This document shows, in pieces, positions 52,813 to 64,000 of a DNA stretch of 64,000 nt (positions are counted from its first letter, which is position 1; each line of letters starts with the position of its first letter). The stretch covers positions 62,496,001 through 62,560,000 of the forward strand of contig NC_043004.1 in the NCBI RefSeq assembly GCF_006345805.1, written 5' to 3'. The DNA comes from Octopus sinensis. Taxonomy: Eukaryota. A program made the translations under genes and the position numbers. The notes below the pieces were generated by a model. It had not been told where the DNA came from and did not search any database. It saw only the letters and a list, made by a program, of their open reading frames with translations.

Positions 52813-55224
52813 ATATCTATTTAAAGCGATTGAACAGTTGTTGCACCATAGAAAATTTCTCTTTAAAGGTGATTCATATTGAATCCTTCAAAATACTTAG
52901 GTTGCAAGCACGAAGTAGGTAATGACTAAATTATGTTTTCTAAATTCTTCCTTATTCTCAACTTTCACTGAAATGGTTTTGTATTTCTTTAGAAATATAT
53001 TCTTAAAACTCAATACTGAGCAGAAAAAATTTTTCTGAATTGCGTTCTTCTTTTTTGTTTTCGAAACAATTTGGACTTTAATATATTTTCCTTGTATAGT
53101 CTTCATGCAAAAGTTGATGATAAACTCTCTTTAATGTTCGTTCATTATTCTAAAAGAAGTTTAATGCCATTATTATGTTGTTCATTTTTCGCATGTTATA
53201 CTTTATTTCAATCTTCCTTGATATACACAAATGAAACAATTCCTCCTTCACCTTTAGTTACTACTTCACCATTCATGGCACACATACTGCTTCTCACATG
53301 TTTTCAAATTTTGCACATAATTATATTTGTACTCTGTCAGCTGCTGTTGGTCTTATTTCATTAAATTTTTATACTTCTGACTTAAGTTCCTGATTTATCT
53401 GTAAATATTTCAAACTCTATCTTTCATAATTGTTTGATTTCATTTTTGTATATCATAGTGTTATTGCTGCTTTCTTATCTCATGCTTGTTCGTATTTAGA
53501 TTACATGGGTTTCTATGATTTCCCATGCACTCTTTGGATGATTAATTCAATTATGTCGTGCATAAAAGATTTACAAGACAGAATTGATTTAATACATTGA
53601 CGTTCGTTCAACAAAAAATTATTATGTTCGACTACACGAGAAATGTTTCCTAACAAAACACCTGGCGAAGCTAGATTTTAAATCTTACTTCTGCGATTAA
53701 ATAGAAAAATAGTAAAACATCTTAACTGCCAAACTCTTCTCCTTAAAAATATGGTAAATTTTGCGCTCTCAGGGAACAGATATATGCCTTTATACTAGCT
53801 GATATTCTTTCGCCGAAAGCACAACTGCAAAAAAAATAATAACACCAATAGCAGGCATGCATGTACACACAAGTGTGTCGATTTAAAATATGTGCTAATG
53901 AAAGTAAAGAAATGAAAAATAAAAACGCTGAATTGGGACAGCGAAAGGACTGCAATGGAAATATGCTTATACCTGATTACCCATAAATAAAGTGAACACA
54001 GACAAGGAGGATATTACAATATACCTCTGTTTCACAAAGGGTGGAAACGCTTTATGAAAATTCTTAAATAAGTATTGAATTGCTAACAGAACCAGTATCA
54101 TGCGTGTCAAAAAGGAAAATGCTCGCGACCATGTCAGCCTGAAATTAGCATTTAAGGGCATCCCGAAAGCAAGTAGAAATTGAGCGTGAAACACGCACCC
54201 AATAAATTGTGTCACAGTACATTTAAGGCAGTATGGAAATATAAGTCTTTACGACTCGTTATAATGACACCATCTTCAGAAAATACTTGTCCTGAAGGAT
54301 TACGACCAGAGATAGCTTACAAACCTACTTTGAAGCTGTTCTACCCAGAGATTGAAAAGCGCAGTGTTCAGTCAGCCTTGGCAGTCTGCAGTTGCACCAG
54401 CTTTGTCTGTCAAACAAACAACAGCATCAGCAGCTTCGAGGAAAACCGAAACATCCGCCGCATCCATGGTGTCAATATTAAATAATGGTTAAACACTCTC
54501 AATTGGGGTTGGTATTAGTTATAGACAATACCCAAATTTCCTTTTTTAACAGATTTACGCCATGCATCTACTTAGAATGGTTGGAATCCGATGCAGCCTG
54601 AACAGCTATGGCAATACGGAAAAATGAAATTGTAAAAGAGGAAGTCTCACAGAAAAGGCGTAGGACAGCAGGATGTCTGCGACTGCAGTTTCACAGATTG
54701 GAAAAAATGTTTTAAAGTCATTACTGGAATTACTATATTAAATGGAGGAGGGTAAACCAACCAGTAATTGAATGGAATAGGAATTTAATCAGTACGATGA
54801 AAAAAATCAAGTGATGAGATATTGGTGAACACTGAAAGAAACATACAAAAGATTAAAATATTCCTGCCCCTAACATATAGGTGTCATTCTGATGGTCCTA
54901 TGGAAGAGTTCTGAGGGGTCTTTCAGTAGTCTCCAAGAAATATATCATGTGATGGAAGCAGTAGATTTGGTTTCCGCGCGCTGAAAAGTTACTTCCCAAC
55001 TGTGTGTGAGTGTAGGGTAATAAAGTTAATTCCTTCTTATATCAATTTACACTGTTTTTCTACACACTGCATTTAATCAAATTTCGCCTATGGTATGAAG
55101 TCTTCGAAGTTCTGCCATTGCATAAAGTCTCTTATCTACTGAATTCCACATGCATTGTACACACTTTATTTTGCTATTTCGTCCAGCAATTTTGATAATA
55201 CAGAAAACATCTCACATCACTATT

Positions 55225-55415
55225 AGGACGGATAGCGGCCAGAATCGTTAGTGTATGGCGTAAAATGTATTTAATAATCTTCTGGCTACTTTTTCCGATC
55301 TGATTTCAAATCTTGCTAAGACCAATGTTAGCATTTATCCGATAGAGGCCAGTAAAAGTAAACGCCACTCAGTTTCTTTGGTCGATATAATCTGAGTTTT
55401 GCCTGTAAACTGAAT
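55225..55415 (+). mobile_element. Highly degenerate family C-like SINE
   Basis: ggccagaatcgttag..ctgatttcaaatc..ggtcgatataatc. Confidence 0.4.
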
Positions 55416-56819
55416 TCCTTATCCCAAATCTTAGAAATGTCGATTATGAAAATTAGTTGTCATTGCAAACGTTTACCTTCTCCATTTTCCCCTTTTCCTC
55501 AAAATCACTATTTTATTGTTAAGTGTAGACTAACAAGTATATATAGCAACAATGAAGTAGTGCATCATGTTTTCTGGTAGCGTTATTTTTTGCCTTTTCT
55601 AACATGTTTCTAATAATTTATTTTCTCTGTTATTTATCGTGATCCACAAATTCCAGAGATTATATACTGGTTCATTGCATATTTATGACCATAATCCTGA
55701 TTATTAATGTCACGTGTTTTTGCATAATACTGCGCTCATTTGATGCTCTACAATTCATTTGAAAAGGATAAATTTGTGAAGAAACAGAAGCAAGAATTGA
55801 AGTAAATAAAAAGAGCAGTGATATCCAAATCTACCTGCATAATACACTGAGTGAAACACAATAAGATATGAAAGTGAACCGTATAATAGCCATAAAAAGG
55901 AAACAGACCATTCGCACGTGCTAGCTATTGTGTTGCAGATTTCAACAATCATGGAATTTTTCACTCTGTGATAACAGCTAACAATGAACGCCGGAAATTA
56001 CTTCCAAACTTCGAAAATTCTGGATAGGAAAAATATTTGGAAAATTCATAGTCTGTCCGGTTTTTTTACGATTTAATAAAACACAATCATATTTGCAAGA
56101 AATATTCGTTTGGAAATTGCGGCCAAGTCATCGCTGTATAGCAAATGCATGCTCTTTTGAGCTTCTGCCGAGTTAGCAGCTTACTTACTGGTTTCGTGTA
56201 TGAAAAAGGAACACTTTCGTGTGCAGATAGTATGGGAGTAATTGAGTAATCCTTGTTGCACTACACCAGAGATTGATATTGAGGGCGGAATAGAGGGATC
56301 AGAGTGGAGATGTGAAAACAAGAGCCATATTTAGCTTTGTAGAGATAACTATTGAACGGCTATCAACGATTTCACTGAATGATATTGAAATAACTTGAAA
56401 TGTTTTGATAATTTTGAATTTATTCTTCATCTAATGCATATCACTATTTAGAATATCACCTTCGTAATTTTCTCCCAAATATTCCCTAATGATGATTTTG
56501 CCTATAGATGACTTGATAAAATTCTGAGATTTCCTTAGTTCTACGCATGATTAAAATCAATTTCAAATGGCAGTCAATTACCCATCGTTACTTTGTTCAC
56601 ACGTAAAAATTCAAAAGGGATCTACGGCGTATATTATTCGTTCTTTGTTATCACAAAGTACTGCTTCCTATCTGCTGCATATTTTAACATTGGCATGCTT
56701 CATGATGGACATTGTTTTGTAAATGTATGCATTAGAGCACTCATCAGCAATAATTCTCAGTGTGGTAGCAGATTTCATTTCCTACTGTCCAGAAAATTGC
56801 CCTAAAACAGCGAATAAAT

Positions 56820-56955
56820 AATTTCGTCCGCTGAGGCTGACATTGCCTTTCATCCTATGGGGCCGATAAAATAAGTACCAACTGAATACTGGGGTTGATG
56901 TAATCGACGTACCACCTCCTAGGAAATTGCTGGCTTTGGACTAAAATTCGAAATC
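56820..56955 (+). mobile_element. Partial family C-like SINE
   Basis: gcctttcatcctatggggccgataaaataagtacca..ctggggttgatgtaatcgac. Confidence 0.7.
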
Positions 56956-58569
56956 CTTCTTATAATTATTATCACGATTATCATGATTAGTATCGTCGTC
57001 ATTTATTGCTAATGTTTGAGAAATACCTTGGGAGTCGATGCTTCCATTCTTGGATCCAGGAAAATGTCACTCGTGACCAAACTCTCTAATGCGTTTATGA
57101 ATGACAAAGAAGTTAATGATGATATCTAAGATTAAATCAAATCTTCGTGTTAGTAACTTAACAACATTCAACTATTGCCAATTTGTAGAAAACTAAATTT
57201 ATCTATTTTAAAATGTAAATTGCTACTACAAATACGAAAATGAATGAACGCATATCACTTCAGTGTTGACTGTTACTAACGGGAATAAGTTTTCATTACT
57301 TCAGTACCATCAATATGACTAGGTATCAGCATGTTCAGAACTATTTTTACCTTTCGAAGAAACTCCTGCATATCGTCTCTGGAATTTGAGGAATAATATC
57401 TTTAGTTCTAAGTATTAAGTTATATTCTTCTACCAACGAAAATCCTTTCATTATACGATCAGCTTTTTAACACATACACATCCACATACACGGAGAAAGT
57501 AAGTAGACCCATATGGAATAACAATGAAAAAAAACCAAGTAACCGGAAAACTATGGAGATAAACATTTGAGATAAAATGTGTTATCTGAAATAAGAGTAG
57601 AATATTTTGCAGTATTTTAAATATCTATAATGATATGAAACACGTTTCGTTTGAAAGCATGAAACGCTTCAGTTACTCTTTCTAAACATTGAATGCATTG
57701 TTCGAGAACAATGCATGTTACTTGTTCCTTTGCAAAATGATAGTTATTTTGGAAACACATCTCTGATGCTTACATGGATATAGCAATGTTTGCCAACGAC
57801 ACATCTAATATTTACAAGATTAATTAAATAGGCCGAAATATTACAGTGCGTTTTGGACAAACAAATTGTAGCAACAGAATTATTTCTTGAAAATTGCTGA
57901 TTCACGTTGCTATGCATCAGTGAAGAAATATTTTGCAAAGTATTACCGAACATAGTTACAAAAGCTATTGATAATTTTACCAAACGAAAAAGAATAAAAT
58001 ACACTAAACCAATCGTTACTAGACACATAACGGTAATGCAAATTAGTTATTTGTAAAATGTTCGTGTTTAAAGGACTAGACCCATTTCCAGACATCAACA
58101 GTGGCAATAAGTTCTAATGTCACAAACACACACATTAGTATTGATACTACAGTTGTTTTATGCAGTGTATCATTGTAAAATTCATGAGTCTTGAAAAATC
58201 TTTATACAGTGAAAACGGGGTGCACAGTCTCATTATATAAAGGAAATACTAATCTCATATTTTCAGAAGATAACATTGATTTTCGATTCGATAATCTTGT
58301 CTTCTTCAGTTCAAAATCATAGTTCCAGCCAAACGATTTAAATACAGAGAGCAAAGAAAGAGTTAATAAATTCATCTAATATGTCAGTCGGATACATTTT
58401 TATCGTTCCCGTTCTCTCAGTTTCCGAAATCATTGACTAATGTAGGTGCAATAAACGTGCATTTCTTTACAATCTATGCAAGATTATAAAGACAATGATT
58501 AAGCATTTACGTTTCGGACAATGAGCTAATTATATCAGTATGAATGTAATTGTGTGTCTATACATGTAT

Positions 58570-58848
58570 ATATCACCGTGACCGGTGATATCACAGTGAC
58601 CGACCAGACCTTCAGATTTTGCTACACATCGCTGGTGACAATGCGCTTCGCATTTTTTTTAGCCTTTCAAATGACGCCACCCGGCTAGCTAAGCGAGCAG
58701 GCCAACAGAAGAAAACGTGAGAGAAACAGTAAGAAAGAGCTTTAGGCGTTTTCGCTCAATAGACACTCACAACGCCCGGTCTGGGAATCGAAACCGCGAT
58801 CCTACGACCGCGAGTCCGCTGCCCTAACCACTGGGCCATTGCGCCTCC
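58570..58848 (-). mobile_element. SINE family B' (family B head, different tail), internally deleted
   Basis: The head is nearly identical to 8460-8551. The tail gaccag..cagat..acacatcgctgg..caatgc is shared with 58995-59291. Confidence 0.88.
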
Positions 58849-58869
58849 ACATATATGTATATATCTGTT

Positions 58870-58969
<100 letters not shown>

Positions 58970-58994
58970 CATATATTTATATACATATAAGTAT

Positions 58995-59291
58995 ATATCA
59001 CCGTAACTGACCAGGCTATCAGATGTTGCTACACATCGCTGGTCACAATGCTCTTTGCATTGATTTAGAATTCAAATGACGCCACCCTGCTTGCTAAGCG
59101 AGCAGACCAACAGAAAAAGATACCGAGAGAAAGTTGTGGCGAAAGAGTACAGCAGAGATCACCCCCCGCCCACCCTGCGTGGACCTTTAGGTGTTTTTGC
59201 TCAATAGACACTCACAACGCCCAGTCTGGGAATCGAAACAGCGATTCTACAACCGTGAGTCCGCTACCCTAACCACTGGGCCATTCCGCCT
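58995..59291 (-). mobile_element. SINE family B', second copy
   Basis: Colinear with 58570-58848 and retains the central gagaaagttgtggcgaaagagtacagcag block. Confidence 0.88.
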
Positions 59292-59363
59292 ACACACACA
59301 CAACACACTCATACACACACACGCACACGCACACACACACACACACACTCACACACACACACG

Positions 59364-59426
<63 letters not shown>

Positions 59427-59703
59427 AGAGAAGGTTCAAAAGGAACACACATGTTTATATATATGGAAAAAAATCAAGGTAGAGAATGCTGAAAAATTTT
59501 TAGAAAAAACATTTCAGTACTGGTTTATGGAAAGCAATTAAATTTTGAAACCAATTCAATTTTGGAAAAAATTAAATGAAAAGCTTTTTAAAATAATATT
59601 TGTATATTATTCAAATACAAGGGACATTTTCCTCATATTCTGCCTGTCTATGTATCTCATGTTTACTCCTGTGGGTTCGATGCCGTTGTGAATTCTTGGT
59701 AGG

Positions 59704-59822
59704 GAAGAAGAAGAAGAAGAAGAAGAAGAAGAAGAAGAAGAAGAAGAAGAAGAAGAAGAAGAAGGAGGAGAAGAAGGAGAAGAAGGAGAAGGAGAAGGAG
59801 GAGGAGGAGGAGAAGATGAAGA
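59704..59822. repeat. (GAA)n/(GGA)n repeat
   Basis: Directly visible. Confidence 0.95.
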
Positions 59823-60164
59823 ATGCGAGATTGAGATGATAGTAGTATATTGAATGATCAAGTACCCTGAAAGTGAAATGTGGATTGTAGAAGTGATTAA
59901 ATTCTTGAGCCATCTCTTTTGAATGTTTTGTTTACAAAATTTGCGTAGGTGTTATTCTAAACAGCAATAGTAGCAAAGTTAGGAATGAGGTGGCAGAGAG
60001 GAAGGAGAAGGAGAAGGGAGAGTAAGAAGGAATCTATGTAGTATGATAGTAGTGACCTAAAAGTGGCTCCTTATGGATTGTGATTATGACTGTTTTTTAA
60101 TGAATTCATGGGAATCTCTTGTGTGTATCATTTTTAATATTTGCATAGATGTTTATGTTATTCT

Positions 60165-61650
60165 AAGGCCGTGGTAGATATGTCGTTTGTTGTAAACTCG
60201 TTCAAAATGGGTCTGTATTTCGTAATAAAGATAGTCTCTTTTCTAATTCGTTGGCTACAGGTTGTATTATCCCTGAAATGGTAGAGGGGAAATTATGAAG
60301 ATCTTGGATTTGTGTTGTTGACGCAAATGTTGATGTGTTAGCTGAATGCTTTTTTTCTGTTTTGGGGCATTTTGACCTGGGATGTGTGCAGAGTCATTCT
60401 TTTACGTAGACTATTTTTTGTTTGGCCTTTGTATTTCTCTTGACACCCAGAGTTAGTGCTTATATATAGTTCTCCGAAGTACATGTGAAGTTGCTTTTCA
60501 CTGTGAAGCGTTGTCCCTGTTTGAAGAAGAACTGTGATCCTGCAATTAAGTTGACGTGTATCCCACAGTTGGGTCTTCCGCATTCTTTACTAACGGTGTC
60601 TCTGTTGTTGAGCGTATTCAGGCTTTTGTTAGGAGATTTGGGTTGTCTCTTGCTTTTTATGATGGTGTGTGTTTGGAGGATTAAGTTCATTCTGTGGTCC
60701 TTCTTTAGCAGGGGAATGTTTGGAAGGATGGTGTCGAAGGCTTCATTGTTAAGATGGTTGCGTGTGGAGATGTATGGTAAGGCTTTTGTTTGTAAATCCT
60801 TCTTTAATTTTGGATGTCTGTGTTCCAGGATGTTGAGTTGAAGGGCACGTTGAAAGCATTAGTCAATTAGTGAAGGTCAGTAGTTCCTGGTGATGAGTGT
60901 ATCCTTTAGTTTATGTAGTAGTGTGTCTCTGGTGTTTGCATTAGAAACTATAGTACATATCACTTTTGCTAAGTTCAAGGGTTTATTGATTCTGGTGTAT
61001 CTGGGGTGGCATAAATAGAACGATAGATATTGCTTGGAGTCCGTGGGCTTAAAGTATATATGTTTCGACTACTTTCTTAGATTTCTTAATGAGGATGCCG
61101 AGGCAGGTAAGTTATTGCTGGCTATATTTCATCGTGAATTGAAATTTTTGCGTCAAGTTCATTTATAAGTGCTTGGAATCCTTTAGTTTCTCTATATTTT
61201 TATTCCAAAGAATGAAACAGGCATCCAGCTATCTCTTCCAGTTATTTTCTATGTAGAAGGAAAATGGGCTGCCGTATGTTCTAGAACCTTACGATAAAGA
61301 CTAATTTCTCTATATCGCATGGTTATGTTAGCAAAGGAGGTGGCCATTCTCGTACCCAACCCAGTCCCCGATTTTTGTCGGTAGAAGTTGTCTTTGAAGA
61401 CGAGGTAGTTATTATCCAGGATGCAATTTAGCCCTTTTATCACGAAATCTTTGTTGATGCGGTGTGGGAGTTTGTTGGCGTAATTCACTAGCCAGAATTA
61501 AATTGCCTCTATTCCTAGGTTGTGGGGGCATTGGAATAGAGGTTGACTTCGAATGATACTAGAAGGGCGTTTTTTTATTGTTTCAGGAATGTGATTGAGC
61601 ATATCCAGGTCATCCCTTATATAGCTTTTGACATGTTATATCTAAACATT
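60165..61650 (-). mobile_element. Penelope-like element (Neptune/Poseidon-like), RT plus GIY-YIG, decayed
   Basis: PHNLGIEAI.FWL..KGLNCILDNNYLVFKDNFYRQKSGTGLGTRMATSFANITM (RT). LYISTNSGCQEKYKGQTKNSLRKRMTLH..RKETIFITKYRPILN (GIY-YIG). Confidence 0.9.
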
Positions 61651-61695
61651 TAGATATCCTGGCTATATTTTAACTCACAACGTAAAGAGAGACTA

Positions 61696-61932
61696 AATAC
61701 CTATTTCTTTACTACCCACAAGGGGCTAAACACAGAGAGGACAAACAAGGACAGACAAATGGATTAAGTCGATTATATCGACCCCAGTGCGTAACTGGTA
61801 CTTAATTTATCGACCTCTAAGGGATGAAAGGCAAAGTCGACCTCGGCGGAATTTGAACTCAGAACGTAACGGCAGACGAAATACGGCTACGCATTTCGCC
61901 CGCCGTGCTAACGTATCTGCCAGCTCGACGCC
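61696..61932 (-). mobile_element. Family C SINE, full length, young-looking
   Basis: Colinear with 9417-9648. Confidence 0.93.
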
Positions 61933-63080
61933 TTACCTAAACCGTAAATATTACAAAAAAGATCCCTACCTACAATAATCGGGATTTTAAGAGGATGAGA
62001 TTAAATAATAGCATTCCATGATTGGTAATTTTTCGGATCGTCTCCACAAGAAGACACAGAGTTAAAAACCATGGGTCTAAAGGCTTGAATAAGTATTTCT
62101 AGTCATATTTCTGACATTCTATCATTTCTGCTAACTTGCCTATATTTGTTTTAAATTTTGGATGAGCCCATAGTTTTCCATTCGTTATAGTAAGTTCAGT
62201 TTGAAGTACAGCAAATAACTTGTAAATAAAATCAGAAATATGAAATACGTATTTATATTGATAATAATTTTTTTTCGAAATGGTAAAATACTATAAACAT
62301 GAAAAGTGTGATAGAAACAGCCTGGCAGTAGCGCTAGTTGATTAGTTGCAATTCCTAAGGATGTATATAAGTGTGTATGTGCGTATATATTCAACGAGTG
62401 TGTGTGTGTGTGTGCACAACGCTTGTGTATATGTGTGCACGCGCGTGTCTATATGTGTGACTGTGTGCATCCGTATATATGCCTGTACGTATGAAGCTGT
62501 GTGATGTTCTGGTGTGGATATTTTTGTTTTTCTTTTATCGAAATATGTAACGTCTGATGTCCACCCGTGCCATTCTTTCTAATAACCTTTCATAGTTGAA
62601 TGGACCGGATTCTAACAAAGATATTTCTTTCGCTTGTACAACAACAATAATTCGTTGATTGAAAAAATCAGTCGGCAGGAAACGCCGCCACTTAAATGAT
62701 TCGCTGATAATTATGCTTTAATAGGAATGATAATTAGAAGACAAATTTCTTATTATACAAGTTGCATTCAATTGAAAATTTCGATGCAATAGAAAGAAAT
62801 GAAAAATAATTTTCAAATAGTAAACATCATTAGTTTCATGATGAATTAATTCGTACAGAATTTTATGAACTATTGAAACAATACAACTCTTGTTTCTTAC
62901 ACGATAGGAAATAATTTTAAATTATTATAAAGAATACTTGATAAAATAATTATGAATTAATTCATTAGATTTGTGAAGTTCAATTAGTTTAATGATGCAG
63001 CTTGATGACAAATTGTGAAAGTTAACTGAGTGAAAGTTTGCTGAGTGAATAGTTACTTATATATATATTTATACATACAT

Positions 63081-63175
<95 letters not shown>

Positions 63176-64000
63176 TGTGTGTGTGTGGTGTGTGTGTGTG
63201 TGAGTGTGTGTGTGTGCATATATATGCTTATGTATATGCATGCACATACACAAACGCACAGGACGTCTTCCTTTCAACATATCTCTTTTACCGAATATCT
63301 CTCTAACATATCTCTCTATATTTCTTAAATTTTCTGTTTGTGCAGCGCTCAGTTTTCATGCTATCTTGCACGAAACCTAATGTCTAATCTCTACCCGCCA
63401 TTCTTTACACACAGTGTTTGTATATTCGATCGAAATTTTGTATAGAAAAACCAACTAACCAACCAAACATTAATGCTTCTAATATCATAAAGAAATATTG
63501 AAAACTTCTACCGAATGCTACATGTTTCAAATTTTGGCATATGACCAACGATTGTATGAGAGATGCCTCATATGAAAGTGGTCTCAGAACTAGTACTCAT
63601 TTTAACGATCTTCAAGTCATACCAGGCAACGTCGACATTGGGGGAATTTGAACGGAGTGATATATATTTCAGAAATTGCAATATAAAAGGAACTGTAGCA
63701 ACATGAATACGATTGCGCAAGTGGATCTCCATTATGATAATGAAGATAAACAGTCTGAAGGAATACGTGAATGACTAATAGTAATAAGAATTAAAATAAC
63801 CTCGTAATGTTAAATTGATTGAAATATATTTGAATGCCTTGGTGCTATACTACCAGAACAGATGCCAATTATGGCGAACGTTCTCATGAATCGGCTTTAT
63901 ATAAATAACACTGCAAATACATAAAGCCACATATAACTACATAGAAAACATGGGCATAAGTTTTTGTGAACAAGTACGTGTGTGACTGTATGTACGTATG

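Noticed and set aside
53960-54500. Coding-like stretch (..VSLKLAFKG..) possibly a PLE linker
   Set aside because: Too degenerate to assign by eye; it needs an HMM search.
58261-58320. CUGAAGA..GAAA on the minus strand
   Set aside because: Stem II is only 2 bp and stem III cannot pair; this is a chance match.
59600-59913. Poly-K/S/F ORFs
   Set aside because: (GAA)n repeat.

Overview
AT-rich, repeat-dominated eukaryotic non-coding (intronic or intergenic) DNA. The SINE families and very long (TA)n/(CA)n/(ATGT)n tracts suggest a cephalopod, probably Octopus; this is my inference from family recognition, not a database hit. I found no confidently intact host gene. Most ORFs in the supplied track are microsatellite read-throughs or antisense frames of transposons. 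Recognisable content: at least four tRNA-type SINE families (about 15 copies, some with target-site duplications), three mariner remnants, a CR1/L2-group LINE plus a second LINE 3' end, an R4/Dong-type RLE retrotransposon, Helitron/Helentron-type small elements, and 4-7 Penelope-like element (PLE) fragments. The most interesting signal is a set of hammerhead ribozyme (HHR) folds. Two sit on the minus strand in an A-B-A tandem (22809-23671) inside a (TA)n tract, 493 nt apart, which is the geometry of a retrozyme or PLE-pLTR circular-RNA unit. A third minimal HHR lies at 41948-41999 (+) in a small element carrying a perfect 22-bp inverted repeat. There is also a locally duplicated block holding a candidate 63-nt symmetric exon.
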